Assembly (NCBI RefSeq): GCF_006345805.1
Contig: NC_042997.1
Span: 121,830,001-121,894,000 of the forward strand
Length of the DNA: 64,000 nucleotides
Direction of reading: 5' to 3'
Source: Octopus sinensis
Taxonomy: Eukaryota
Shown: positions 39,086 to 54,077 of the stretch, in pieces
How the letters are laid out: every line of letters starts with the position of its first letter
Position numbering within the stretch: position 1 is the first letter of the stretch
Notes under the pieces: generated by a model
Database searches by the model: none
The model's input: only the letters and a program-made list of their open reading frames with translations
What the model was told of the DNA's origin: nothing
Position numbers and translations under genes: made by a program

Positions 39086-39934
39086 ACATATGAAGTTGAT
39101 ACATTGCTATACAAGCATACAAACACATGCATGTGTTTACATAAAGATAAAATATGTGCCTGCTCATCTGTAAGAGTGCGTATATATGCATATGTATATA
39201 TATATATGTATGCTTTTGTCGTCCATTTTAGAAATCTAAAACTTGGATTTTTGTGCTACTTCTCGAGATTAATATTATAAATGAGAGCGAAAGGAATTAA
39301 ATATTGTCCCGTCACATCACATACTAACAGAAAAGAAATCATGTTTTACATATACATTGTCAGATTTCTTGCATTAAGAATTAATTCTAGAATTCAGATT
39401 CGATTATACATTTTGGTGAGTAGAATAAAAACAAAATATTCAATATAAAATACTTTTTTGAATCGTGAAAGTTCATAATTTATACCATACACACATCATT
39501 ATTATTATTATGGAACATTTCTTAGTGCGTAGGAGTAAAATGTTTGGTCAATGAGGTATTGGTGAGGTCAACGAGCTATTGGTGATGTCAAATTTTAGGA
39601 AGATTATTCCTTGTATATTTAATCTTTTCCATTAAGATATTCGCCGAAAGCCGAACAAGAAATCAATAGATGAAATGTAGCATTGATTTATACAAAATAT
39701 TCTGTATTTGCTACCGATTTTCCACACGATTCACTGCATATACTTTTTAGTCATAAATGGCTCGAATATTAAAAGCATCCGTATAGTGGTTTTACAAATT
39801 CAAGCATAAATATATCCGTTATAGTTCATATTGTATACTTAAACAACGTTTTTGTTTATTTTGCAGAACTGTAAACTTATGCTATAAGATCCATCGAATC
39901 TCAATACACATATTACGAAAACTAGTTTTAAGGG

Positions 39935-40006
<72 letters not shown>

Positions 40007-40007
40007 T

Positions 40008-40180
40008 GACGGCGCGTGGCTTATTGGTTAGGGCATTCGGCTCACGATCGTAAAGTCGTGAGTTCAATTGCTGGATACGCATTGTGTCCCCTTGAGCAAA
40101 AGTCTTTATTTCACGTTGCTATTCTCCACTCAGCTGGCAAAAATGAGTACTACCTGAATTTCAAAGGGCTGGCCATATCA
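40008..40180 (+). mobile_element. SINE family S3, 5' part
   Basis: ggcgcgtggcttattggttagggc..cttgagcaaaagtctttatttcacgttgctattctccactcagctgg. Confidence 0.7.
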
Positions 40181-40181
40181 T

Positions 40182-40910
40182 TGTTTATTAAGATTGGGTT
40201 TGAATTTATCAAAAAAGACCTTTCCATCTCAGTTTTCTCTCGATTTCATTCAGATTATGAAAGGGAAATATTATAAATATTTTCCGGCCACATGTTGCTA
40301 GGTGGTTGCTCAGCGGTATTTGGCGGATATCTGGATTTTTTTAAAGTTGCTGTCGGTGTACACGTGAGCGTTCTGATAGTGCATGCCTGTCTGGCCAACA
40401 TACAGTTCTTCACAATTCGGGCATTTGATGCAGTAGATAAAATTTCTGCTTTTGTAGTTCATATATGCGTTTGTAAATATTTTCCCCATTTTTGTGTTCA
40501 TATATGGGCCGGCATGAATTAATTGGCATGTACCGCTCGGCTATCATTGCGTTTAGACACAGTGAATGGTTGGTCTTTGTTGCTAAGGTCAGACCTTGCC
40601 TTTGTTAATAACTTTTTCAAGCTTTTAGGCTGTCTTTTACTGAGAATTATAGTTTGGTATGTAATGATATCTCTTAATTCCTTACTTTGAGCAATGATTG
40701 GTAGGTTTGCTTTAGGGATATTGCAGATGTTCTGGTGGAATGGATTGTGCGTCACCATAAATGATATGATTTTTTCTTGTTTTTCTTTGTGTTGTCCTCA
40801 GTTATTGTGTGGATATTTTCGGAGCCCCGGAATGCGATTTTCTATAAGTAGTGACGGGTATTTTTGTTTGAGCAGAAATTCATTCAGTTCCAACAGGGAC
40901 TGAGTCCTGA
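40182..40910 (-). mobile_element. Penelope-like retroelement fragment: end of RT thumb, linker and GIY-YIG endonuclease, decayed
   Basis: Minus ORFs 40519-40758 (THNP..LSKRQPKSLKKLLTKA..FTVSK) and 40310-40501 (SRNFIYCIKCPNCEELYVGQTG) match the PLE linker and the IY..C..C..YVGQT GIY-YIG signature. Confidence 0.87.
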
Positions 40911-42284
40911 TCTTCGAATCTTCTACTATATGAATTTTATAGATGTGATTGTACTAATAATTGTGTGCATGTGCGGGCAAGCGTGGTTTTAAAGGTTTTA
41001 ATAGACATTAAATATGCAGAGATACACATTCGCACAAACATATATATACCTATTTTGATATACATGCATTCCTCTTATTTATTGCAAATGTTCTCTGTCT
41101 ATCTATCTATCTATCTATCTATCTATTTATCTATCTACCACTAAATTTTTAATAGTATATTGAGATTCATTGAGCAATTTCGGAAAGCTTGCATCGAAGA
41201 ATAGTTATCGTTTGTCTTCAATATTTGTAAACATAATCTGTAATTTAAAGAAAAAATTTGACATAGCGCATAAGGACGTTTCTGTAGAATTTACATAGCT
41301 GGTCATGTTATAATTACCATAGCTAAAATATAAATTTTTGAGTGAATTTGAAACGAAGTTCTTTCACTCACTATTTTGAATGATTTAAATATATATCTGT
41401 TTATTCAGTTTTATCACAAAACAAATACACATTCCATCAAATATACATACATACATACACACGTGCGTATGTATGTATGTACGTATGTATGTATTTATGT
41501 GTGTGTATGTATGCATGTATGTACGTATGTATGTATTTATGTGTGTGTATGTATGTATGTATGTATGTATGTATGTGTGAATGTATGTATGGATGTATAT
41601 ATATATGTAAGCATTCATTTCCTTTGAAGTCACGCAGGATGATATTGAAACAATTGTAGCAAATAATAAAATTATATTTGTTTGTAAACTAGAAACAATA
41701 TCAGGAATTTGGGTGGGACGATGAATCAATAATATCGATCCTTGTGCTTGACTGAAACGTTATATTATCGGAAGGATGAAAGAGAAAATTATCCTCGACT
41801 GAATTTGTACTCAGAACGGAAAGAACCGGAAAAAAAACGGTAAAGAGATTTTTTTTCCCAACGCCCTAAACAAACTGCCTCGTAATATTTGTTTTAAATT
41901 TTGGTACACAGACAGGAATTTTGATGGAAATGGATAATGCAATAGCATCGAACCCAGTTTTTCACTGATATTTTAGTTTATTGACACTCAAAGAATGACG
42001 GGCAAAAGTGATCCTGTCGAGATTGGAACTCATATCATAAAACCCGGAAGAAATGCTACTAAGCGTTTTACCCGACACGTTAAAACTTTGTCCAGCTGGT
42101 TACTTTAATAATATTAATAATAATGATTTCAAATTTGGCACAAAACCATCAGTGTCAGGGAAGTGAGGAAGTGAATTACATTGGCCTCCAATACTTAATC
42201 GGTATTTATTTTATCGTCCCCAAAAAGATGAAATGCAAAGTCGACCTCGGTAGAATTTGAACTCAGAACATAAATACAGACAAA

Positions 42285-42385
42285 ATGAAGAAGAAGAAGA
42301 AGAAGAAGAAGAAGAAGGAGGAGGAGAAGAAGAAGGAGGAGGAGAAGAAGAAGGAGAAGGAGAAGAAGAAGAAGAAGAAGAAGAA
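42285..42385. repeat. (GAA)n/(GGA)n microsatellite
   Basis: Directly visible. Confidence 0.95.
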
Positions 42386-42866
42386 TTCGACAATGGTCGT
42401 GCTAATATATTTGAAATTACTACTGAAGTGTTCAAAATAACAATGTACGGAGTGGGGTGAGGTGGGGGACAAATAAATAGAAAGATAAAAAAAATAGAAA
42501 TTCGGCTTGTATTTGAGAAATATTTACATATTGTATTATAGTTCCTATCCAAATGCGAAATCTTACATTTGGAATACGAAATGTACTCTTTGTGAGATTT
42601 AACATAAAAACAAACGGCATTTGAAATAACTTCCGAATCGATTTATGTTACACGAAATTTCCGGTTTGTGACAGCCAAAGACACCGCATTTATAAGCAAG
42701 AAAACTTCAAACGCAGTTTCTTTTCCTCGTCCATCAGAATAATATATTTGACTGCCGATATGCCCACATGAATATACCGAATATATACATACATATGCAT
42801 ACACACACACACACCTTTATGTATGCATACATACATACACACACACACCTTTATGTATGCATACAT

Positions 42867-42918
<52 letters not shown>

Positions 42919-43243
42919 GTGGACAACAGAAGAAAGGGGCACTCAACACGGTTTCATAGAAGTTACATATGATATTTAATATAAGTTTCATTCAGCTGCA
43001 GGTAAATTAATGTGTCATTAGCTCGTTAAACAAATCCATCTCGTCAGATACGACGAGTCCAAAATGGCTTCTAGATGGCTTATTACTCAACGCGGCTGAC
43101 GTGGTGTCATAAATATGGTTGCCATATTAGTGCCTATTTTGTATCCCAATTTAAAACCCTAGGACGACGTAGTAAGACAATGTTGGTGGCGACAAACTAT
43201 CGAAGACGTGGGATTTGGTTTGTTTGCAACATGAGGTCGTTGA

Positions 43244-43275
<32 letters not shown>

Positions 43276-43394
43276 TCTGTATATATATATATGTATGTAT
43301 AGTAGAGAGAATCACTGTCCTGATAAATGCTTAAACACACACACATACACTCACACACACACACACACACATATGTATACATACATATATATAG

Positions 43395-43439
<45 letters not shown>

Positions 43440-43532
43440 TATGTGTGTGTATGTATGCATGTATGCAGGGGTCATTCGCCCAAGGTGCCACGCAGTGGGA
43501 CAGAACTCAGAACCATGTTTTGGGGAATCAAC

Positions 43533-43574
<42 letters not shown>

Positions 43575-43589
43575 CAGAGAGAGAGATAC

Positions 43590-43630
<41 letters not shown>

Positions 43631-45420
43631 GAATGATCCTATTACTTATAGTTTGTTATATATTTCTGTAGAAGTTTTCAGTGGAAGAATTTTACGCGTG
43701 CATCTTGCCTGTTAACATAAAAGGGAATAATGCAAAATGATTTGATTGATTCGAAAAGATTTTTATTATTTAGAATTCCGCGTGGATGTGTTTGTTTAAA
43801 TACACGTATACACAATTATAAATGTGTGTATGCATGTAAACGGTTACGTAATGTTTATATGCTTATGCTTTGATTCCTATTTGTATATGGTTCTGTGTGC
43901 AGAATTGTGTGAGATTCTGGTTGTGATAGAAGTAATTATATAAATATATAAATAGAAGCAATGGGAGCGTTTTATTTCTTTCTGTTTGTAACTTGATTTA
44001 AGAGGTGAATTCGAGTACAAAGCAAAGAAATCACCATCCGATGTACAATTGTTTAGAAATATATTATTTTTCGTGTGTATATTTCGGTTGTGAAATATCA
44101 AGAATAACTTTACTCCAGCAATGTTTAGACGTTTGACGGCATAGTGTAATTGACCTGACATGGGATTGTTTACTCAAAGTGCTGGGTCATATTGATGCAG
44201 ACATAAGTCTTGTCGACTGCAATAACATTGAAATTCTCTCAGTGAGAAATGATAAACGATCTCGTGCAATCTGGCGAATTATTTTCAGTGAACAAATATC
44301 TACACTACAGCAGGAAGTATAAAGTTGCTTTTCAATCATTTTCACTTCAGATTTTAGCTTCCATAACATAAATCTACGCAAGAGAATACAAAGAAAGACA
44401 AGGATCACTGAGGTAGGTGTGAAATAGCGTGGAAATCAGGCTGAAATCGTTATTCATTTCATGTTTATATCTATGCATGCGCACAGACACACATTCGTTC
44501 ACGTAAACATACGAACGCTCTATTGGTAGTTATGGAAGTATCTACAGCATCTCCGTAAAATCATGGTGGGATTTCAGAATTATTCATTGATGTAACTTGT
44601 AAAACTATACATTTCGTATACATGTTGAATAAGAGACCAATTAATAAAATTTAAGATCAGATTGATGAGGCTTCAATTTGTTGCCGTGCACACGTATAAT
44701 CAATACTCCAGTCGGATGAGTGAAGAAATCGCGAGATGCACGCGCAGCCAGTCACGTAAATTTTCAATGGAATGTACTTTATACGCAACTTATGTAGAAT
44801 GAAAGGTATTTTATTTGATGATAGCACACTAACTTCGCCATAGCCAAGATGCCATATCAAGTAAACCTGTATATATTAAGTACAGGAATAAAATCATTTC
44901 AATATGAGATATTATATTTACAACTTGCAGCATTCTCTTATTAATACGAGACACCACTCTCTTCTATTCTTGTCATACGGAATGAAACCAAGGACGAAGA
45001 TGGTTTGTTCCTCAAGCCATGTGCCTCTGCCCATTTCTCTTTTCCTCTCCATTTTAGCGTCCATTTTATTCTAGTAGCCCTTACATTTTCAGTGGTCTAA
45101 GGACCTTGTAACGAGCGAATGCTTTAAAAAAATTTAATGCACTTCCATCCACTGAACAATAAAAAGCACATGCGCATGCATGCATACATACATACATAGA
45201 TACACATACATACATACACATACATACATACATACACATACATACATACATACACACACACATACACACACACATATATATATCTATCTATCTATATATA
45301 TATATATTTATATATTTTAATATGGCCACGCTCTCAGCAGTGTGATTGATCCATCCTAGTCAAAATTCACCTGCTGGAATTTTTGTTTCCTGATGGTAAT
45401 ACGAATTGATTGTTTGTTTA

Positions 45421-45792
45421 CTTATTTCAGGCATTAGATTATGTCATGTTGGGGCACTGCATTGAAGGATTTTAGCTGAATGAATCGACCCCAGGACTAG
45501 TATTTGTAAAGCCTGGTACTCATTCTATCGGATACTAAGCCGAACCGCTAAACTATGGGATGTAAACATGCCAACCTCACTTGTCGAGTGTAAAGAAAAA
45601 CAAAATCACACACACACACACACACACATATATACATAGATGACGAGCTTCTTTCAGTTTCCGTCTACCTAATCTGCCCACAAGGCTTTGTCGGCTCGAT
45701 GTTATTGTAGAAGACGTTTGCCCAATGTGCCAGGCTGTGAGACTGAACCCGGAAGTATGTGGTCGGAAAGCCAGCTTCTTACCACACAGTCA
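45421..45792 (-). mobile_element. SINE family S1, diverged
   Basis: aatcgaccccaggact..gcttctttcagtttccgtctac..cttaccacacag. Confidence 0.7.
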
Positions 45793-46529
45793 CGTTTGCA
45801 CTTATTGGGGGAATTTGCAGTTTAAATTAACAATCAAAATACAAAGTGAGAGGACACTTAGCAAATATCAATTACATTTTAAAATATAGCAATGATATCT
45901 TTCATTATTACCGCACAAATAAATGACCAGCTGTTTACCATCTCATTTCTCGATCTCTCTATGTTAGAACTCCTAATATACGATGACCTCTTTAAACTTT
46001 TCTTCGTAAATATATTGTTTAGGAAACATAACTTCCTTCCTTAGCAATCATTAATCTATGTCTCTTATAACTTTTCATTGAAGATATTAGTTATTTTCGT
46101 GTGTGTGTGTGTGTGTGCGCGTGCTTCTGTGTGTGTTTGTGTGGGTGTGCGTGTTTTCTTTGTATTATCATTAACCTTCAGAATATGTCAATATTTATGT
46201 TGCCTCCAATGATGCTGTTTCTCTCTATACAGTCACGTATTTTGTAACAAGTAATAAATACATTATTTTTACCAATATTTTTAGAAATTACTATTACACG
46301 CACACACAGAGACATATATGTATTTCAAATATTTATGCATATATGTATTTTAAAATATTTATGTATGTATGTATGTATATATATATATTTATATATATAT
46401 ATATATATTTCAAATATTAGATAGTATACTCTGTAAATGACATTTACTCGATATTTTAACATTTTTTTCCTTTATATATAATGCATTCAATATGTCAGTA
46501 GTAGCTGTGTAGCCTACTAAATATAAACG

Positions 46530-46912
46530 TAGGTACGGCTGTGTAATGAAGGTGTTCACCTTGCAATCATGTGGTTTTGTGCTCAGTTCCATTGTGCCGT
46601 ATCTTGGGGAAGTGTCTTGCACTATATCACTGGGCTATGCGATGCTTTGTGAGTGAATTTTGTAGATACAAACTATGTGGATGCTCATCGTAAAAATACA
46701 AATCTTTCTGTGAGTTTTTTGCGTCTACACTTGTAACCCACCACCACTTGACTACGAATTCTGGTTTGTTACGTTCCTACAACTAGTGATTTGGCAAGAG
46801 GAACCAAAAAGGTCCAGTACAAGACTTAAAATGTCAGTGTTAATGTCGACTTGACCGAACCCGTTTAGTCAGTACTCCAGCTTGGCCATAGTCTTACAAC
46901 TAAAACAAGTAA
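46530..46912 (+). mobile_element. SINE family S1, highly diverged
   Basis: ggctgtgtaatgaag..ttgtgagtgaattttgtagatac..gtactccagcttggcc..aaacaagtaaaa. Confidence 0.55.
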
Positions 46913-47702
46913 AATATAAAAATGTAAATATTGAATAACTGCTAATAGACACACTAATTTTAATCTTGAATTTGTTTCTCAGTCATAATTTCAGCAAAGT
47001 GTATCTTTCTCAAACATGATATAGCACGGAATTTTGTCAGTGAACAGGTCTTGGTCTGAAGCGACGAGATTTTGACAAATTAAATTTAAATGTTGAAGTG
47101 AATCTAACGGATTTTTAGTGTTTCTTAAATGGCCTATAAACACCTTCCACGCTGCAATTGCTTTTCTTCCAGCACACGATCTCAGATCAGGTCAAATGCT
47201 AAGCAAGTACATCTCTATCTTTCTCCTTGAGAAGAAATGTTTATCTGCTTATAAATACTAACTTCCTCTTATTATACCACAAATATAGACGACTAACTGG
47301 ATATCATTGAAAATCTATGCTGAATTTTGCACTTGTATAGTAGTAGGTAAAAAATGATTTAGCTAACTTTTGACAATATGCTAATGTATACATAATAATG
47401 TAGATAACCCTTCAATAAAACAGAATACAGATCTTTGGTGTATATAATATTAACAAATTTTATGTCGTTTTGTGACATGGAAAATAACAAGCCGGATCTC
47501 TACATACTTTTCTATCACCAAATAGGTGACTGCGTTACCGATTGCAGTATAAAACGAATACCTGTATCAGTTCTCAAATGAAGCACTGGCTGTACATTTC
47601 TCCTATTTCAACAACAAAATTTATTTCCGTAACCGAAAGATATGCCGTTGAATTCCAGTCTATTTCATTTTATCTCTGCACATTCATACACATAATCTTT
47701 TA

Positions 47703-47937
47703 TTCTTTTACTCTTTTAATTGTTTCAATCATTTGACTGTGGCCAAGCTGGAGCACCGCCTTTAATCGATCAAATCGACCCCAGGACTTATTCTTTGTAA
47801 GCCTAGTACTTATTCTATCGGATCCTTTTGCCTAACCGCTAAGTTCCGGGGACGTAAAGACACCAGCATCGATTGTCAAGCGATGTTAGGGGGACAAACA
47901 CACACACGCAAACGTATACACACACACACACACACAT

Positions 47938-47974
<37 letters not shown>

Positions 47975-48140
47975 CATATATACGACGGTCTTCTTTCAGT
48001 TTCCATCTACCAAATCCACCCACAAGGCTTTGGTCGGCCCGAGGCTATAGTAGAAGACACTTGCCCAAGGTGCTATGCAGTGGGACTGAACCCGAGACCT
48101 TGTGGTTCGTAAGCAAGCTACTTACCACACAGGCACTCCT
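47703..48140 (-). mobile_element. SINE family S1, full length
   Basis: Both halves homologous to 1275-1711, with an internal (CA)n(TA)n. Confidence 0.85.
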
Positions 48141-49489
48141 ACGTCTATAATAGCCAATAATATATAAAGCATGTACAATATTGCTCCGCGAAACGGTTTA
48201 TATTTTCACTAAGCTTATTGCGTATGATGATATCTCTATAGATATTTATTCATAAACAAGTTGCATTTGTACGTTTGTTTCTCAGCAGCATGTATATAAT
48301 TGAAAAAACATTCCTGCATTTGAAAAGCTTTGTATGAATTTACAACAATTAGCATAGTTCTAAAAATAAATGCATGACCTCAGAACCTATTTCATTCAGC
48401 TTTATTGCTGGAACATAATAATAGTAACAATGAAATTTATTGTCTTTTATTTTCTTTATCTATATAACTTTCTAAGAATTTAACAAAAAAATCTTGCTAT
48501 TCACTAATATTTCAAAATCTACCTTTTGACCAATTGTTGTAAAGAAAAGCGACATCGCTGTACCACGTTTTGTTAATTGTATCATCACATTTTTTGCGCC
48601 GCAGGAACTTTCAATTAGATATAACATTAAGTATTCGCAAAAGAGTCACGACTTCGAACACATTATTATCTATTATTTAAACGATCAATGCATGCTGACA
48701 ATTATTACGGCTTGCCTACGAATTCGCTTGCGGAGAGATGTGCAAACATAGAACTGAATTAACATGAACGGCTGTAACTCATTAACCTCTTCTTTGGCAA
48801 AATATATCTACTTTCGGAACACTGCAGCAATCATATAAATTCGGTAAGATTCTAAATCATTAATTTATTTAAAATATTAGAGTTTTACTTTTTATCGGAA
48901 CTTTACAATACGAAATAAGATGACTTTTAAAATAAATTCTTTCTTTTTGTAACTATTTCTCTATATTGTCCTGTATCTGCATGATATATAGCTAATTTTT
49001 CCATGTATTTTAATTTAAAACCATTTCTTTTTGTTTTTCTGTTGGTTTGTTTTTTTTCATATAACGTAATCATTTGTGTCGCCAAAACTTGACCATAGTA
49101 TTTTACTGTGACTTTTTGTCTTTTTCGTTCTCCATAACTTATTCGAATCAATTATTTTATTTTTCTCTGGTTTGTCAAATCTTGTTTCCCAGAATCTCCA
49201 CATGTTTGATTGTGTTACCTGTTCTAATTGAAATCGAAATCTGATAACTACAGTCTCCCTTTTAATTTGGATTTCAAGTAAACATCATTAGCATTTTCTT
49301 TTTAATGTATTGATCGAGATATGTTCAGACTTTTCTCTCATTCTTCTAATGAAATATCTAGAAAATAGTAACCAATATAAATATCATTTATAATTAACCT
49401 CAAATGTGGCATTCTTTTTAAGGATCTCTTTATCAAATATGTTCACTTTCTTTTCATCAGTATATATATATACTTTACATTTATATGTA

Positions 49490-49710
49490 GGTGGGCATGG
49501 CTTAGTGGCTGAGTGTTGGTCTCAGATCGAAGGATTGTGTTTTCGATTCCTGGACAGGGCAATACATTGTGGCCTTGAGCAAAACTTTTCTTTTTACGTT
49601 GCTCCAGTCCACTCAGCTGATAAGAATGTATCAATTTGCTGTGGACCGACCTCCTGCCCACAGGGGAGCATATATACGCAAGAGAAACCGGGAATTCGGC
49701 TCTATGTTCC
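49490..49710 (+). mobile_element. SINE family S3, diverged
   Basis: ggcatggcttagtggc..ccttgagcaaaac..acgttgctccagtccactcagctg. Confidence 0.65.
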
Positions 49711-51234
49711 TTACAGAGTAATGTGGACTAATCATACGTATGGGTAGGTATTAGTTTCGAACACAGCAGCTACAATAAAATATATACTTAACTGATGAAA
49801 TCAGAACAAAGGCGAAATGTGTTCCAATATGTCTCTTATATTTGTCCAACGTAATACGCTATATGCACAAGGCTATGATAGTCAATTAAAAATCAAATCA
49901 ATATTTGTTAGTGACTAAAACCTACACGTTTCTCCTCACAGGTATAGTGACTTATAGTCAGCTCATTGAAATTCCACAGATTGTGTTCATGCATTTTATG
50001 CCTGTCTGGAATTATATGATAAAATCAAACAAAAAATTTTACTGTAACAAACAGGAAAATGAAACTACTTTAGTCATTTTTCAAGACGTTAGTTATATCA
50101 TAGTTTAGCTCTTTCCAAATATATAAGAAATAGGTGGAAAAATAAAACTAAAGCAACTGTAAATAGAGCTGAATATAAAGAAAGTTCGGTAGAAAATGCC
50201 CATTTAATTGCATTGGATTTGATGGGGACGACGTTCGTAGATTATAATACCACAAACGAATATCAAGATACGGGATTTCAATATACTATTCTGAAGCTAA
50301 TGAACATGTTTAAGAAACCAAATTTAAGGTATTTTATTTGTTCCTTTTATCGACTTGTGTTCCATTATCATTCATTGTTTGACCCGTATTTCTATACTGC
50401 TTGCAACTCCACGAATAGCAGGTGATTGATATATGCGTCTTTATCACATCATTAACTATTCTTACTGCAAGAATTATCTACCGATATTGTGATGCCATTA
50501 AAGATGGCAATTATGCAAGGTAAATGCTTATTTCTTCAGGTTTCCTAACTCCTGTATCACTATCTATACCTCTAAGCCCTCTATTTCATATTCCTTACAA
50601 CAGTTCACTTATCTATTTCGTTGCTATACCAGTATCGCTTTTTAGCTTAGGTTTAATGCTTTGTAGATATCATTTCTAAATTACTAATGCACTTTTGCTG
50701 TAGCTGCTACTTTCGTTATTGTTGCTGATACTGGAATTATAAATATTACTTCCTTATCTATTACCAAACACTTCATATATTAAATCTACTTTTCTTCTAA
50801 TTCCTTCCATCTTCATGCAGTTTCATTGTAAGCTGGTGCATTTAATGCATTAATGGCTACACGGGCATAGAGATTTTGCATATTCCTTTCGAACATAACA
50901 TACCGTCCAGTTATTTCATCATTATCACCGACGTTATCTACAGAACGTCATCATCAGCTTCAGTAGCAGCCGCCACTTCCGCAGCGGCAACAGCAGCAGC
51001 AACAACAGTAGCAGAAACGGTAGCAGCAGCAACAGTAGCAGCAGCCGTCCAAGAATTTGAACCTGGAGATCTCCATTTCGAGCGACTTCGAGGGCCACCT
51101 CCCAGTGGTGTTGGGCGTCAACGAAGAGCCCTCGACTACAACAAGACGACCAATGTTTTTTTTCTAAGGTCTGGGGTCTCCCGGTCCTAAGCTCCAGACT
51201 ATCATCTAATCACCCTTACCCGACTTGTAGCTTA

Positions 51235-51248
51235 ACAACAACAACAAT

Positions 51249-51292
<44 letters not shown>

Positions 51293-51293
51293 C

Positions 51294-51325
<32 letters not shown>
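51235..51325. repeat. Compound trinucleotide microsatellite (AAC)(AGC)(AGT)
   Basis: Directly visible; a GCA-rich tract also lies at about 50955-51045. Confidence 0.95.
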
Positions 51326-51326
<1 letters not shown>

Positions 51327-51627
51327 TGTGAAAGCATTTTGTTAAAAGTTCAGAAAAACTATGATGCAAAACACCGATAAAACGACCACCACTGCATATG
51401 TCTCCTCGAATAACATATATTACTTCCTGTAATATATGACCCAATGTTTGTAAATAATATGAGAGTCCAACGAGGAAGCTCGAGGGGCAACTACTAAGTC
51501 GGTGCAAGGCGAGAGTTCATAATGATTTATTCAGTAGAAATATATCAGCAAATTGAAAAGAAGTTGTGCAATCACTGTTTAACAATACCACTACACTGCA
51601 AGTCGTTTACAAGTTCTCTAAGCATCG

Positions 51628-51662
<35 letters not shown>

Positions 51663-51935
51663 TGCTGATACATGACCTAAGTTGGACTCCTAATTCGTAT
51701 CATTATCGAACCTGGAGCTTAACTATAGTTTGTCCATAGCACTCACTCAACATTACCTGACAACTTTGGGTCTTCTTGACACCAATACCAATCATACCCT
51801 ATATATATATATATATATAAAACTTGTGTGCTGAAGTAGAAACATGTTCTTTGTCTGTCTCCTTAACATCTTGGAGATTTTAAGTATAATTATACTAATG
51901 TGTCCCTCTGTTCTAATTAAGTTCTATGTCTTTGT

Positions 51936-52020
51936 GGACCTGAAGATTGCTCTACATTTTAAATTGATTTAATGATTGCATCGTTCAATTAAATGGAGTT
52001 GCATGAAACAATCGTACTGC
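51936..52020 (+). ncRNA. Degenerate hammerhead ribozyme motif in a TA-flanked insert (about 51820-52055)
   Basis: CTGAAGA ttgc-ctc..aattga..tcaatt..gag-gcat GAAAC aatc GTA: core and long stem II are visible, but stem I does not pair (ggac/ctgc). Confidence 0.45.
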
Positions 52021-52067
52021 ATTACCTCTGGACATTCTCACTGCTTATTTAGATTATATATATATAT

Positions 52068-52099
<32 letters not shown>

Positions 52100-52184
52100 T
52101 AATCGTGCTCGCGTGTATATGCACGTATGCTTATATCTAGGTGTACATAAACACTCACACATATATGTGCGGGTGTGTATTTGA

Positions 52185-52257
<73 letters not shown>

Positions 52258-52476
52258 TGTGTGCGTATGGATGTATATTGTGATGGTAAGTTGTCAAGCC
52301 TAAAAAAGAGGGGTATTTTTTACTATTGATTCAGAAACATATTATTGGAACGAAAAGTAACAAATTCTACTTTCAAAACTAAAAACACAAAAGAAAATTT
52401 TGCGAATGGTCAAGTTGCGAGATATACCCAGAATCAGTATTTTCAAATTAATCGTTATGACTGCCCAGACGTTTCC

Positions 52477-52516
<40 letters not shown>

Positions 52517-54077
52517 TTTAAACTATATGGGAAGGAAATTTGAAGCTGGGGATAATGTAAGTTTTATTTTTTGTTTCCATTCACAGGCTCTATAGTATTG
52601 TTATTTTGAAGAAAGTTTACTTGATTGTAATATTGTGTGTACACTGTTGTGTTTAAAAAAAACTCTATTCCCAGCAGAGGCAGTATTCATACGGAGAGGT
52701 AATATTTATCTCCGCTTAATTGTGGATATTGCTTTAGAACAAATTATCGTAGTGACCATGAGAGAAATTCTGATATCTTGGAGACCACTAGATCATGTGA
52801 TTTCGGCCTTCCTTGGTCTTATCCATGATAAACACTCGACCGATAGACATAGCAATGATTCATCTCCCCAGCAGCGATATATATAATAACAGTGAAGAAT
52901 TTGTTTTGAAATAACTATTAGCGACAGTATTAACACTGAGAGCCAATATTCATCCTCACTTAAACATGGATGTTGCATTAGAACAAACTATACTACTGCA
53001 GTTACCATGAGAAAACCCTTCGTATTGGATTTTGGTGCAAAATGCACTCTTGACGATAACCATATGAATATGTAAAACTTCCTTATTCAGATGTACTGAA
53101 AAGTGTTATATCACTCGTCCGCTTATATTTCTGCTTGGGTGTTCACAGACTCGCGCATTTGGTCAGGCTCTAGCGCGCACAAATATAAGACCAATTAATA
53201 AAGTATCAACAGAGGAAACAGAGAGTAAAGTAGTAGGAAGGATAAAAGGATGGAAGTAAAACGGAAAATAAATTTCCCTAATGTTGACACTAGACATTCA
53301 TGAACGATAAACGAATTCTACCACCTATAAAACAAATACCAAATTTATACATGGACCTCAAAACCGCTCTAAAATACATAGAAATGACAGAATGATCCTT
53401 CAAGCAAACATTCCTGAAACCCATTCCAATTCGTTAGGCTCAAAATATTGCATAGATACACGGCATGTGTGAAGTTACATCCAGTTGCATTAATCAAAAA
53501 GGCCTGCTTGCCCTCTAGATGTGTCTTCAATTACACGCAAACATTATACCACAGAGCCTCGAGAAACTGTTTAAACAATCATACTCTAGGGAAGATGCAT
53601 ACCTGATATTCGAGTGTAAGCTGCAGTGCCTCCCGTTCCGAAGGACAGCTGCCATTCAGAACTGACCAGCCAATAGGGGTGAAATAAGTGCCCCGTATAT
53701 TTGTTATGCGATGCGGGAATGATTTTTATCGTGGGCAGACAGCACAGAGCCCGCAAACGATGTAGCGCTCACGGTGGTGTTGGAGAGAATAAAGCTTGCG
53801 CTTTTTTAGTCGACCCAAATAGTTAAGGCCTGTCATGCCCTATATATATATATAATGTGTATAATGTATAAATAATGTGTATATATCATGTGTATATAAT
53901 GTATATATATCATGTATATATAATGTATATATATATATATACATATATATATGTGTATATGTATCTATATATGTATATGTATACATATATATGTATGTGT
54001 ACGTATACGTATATATGTATGTGTAGGTATACATATATATGTATGTATCCATATGTATATATGTATGTATTTGTGTG

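Noticed and set aside
50213-50425. ORF with LDL..TGFQ resembling the expected upstream iGluR exon
   Set aside because: It is on the wrong strand relative to the 8048-8251 exon, and the GGxNI motif is absent.
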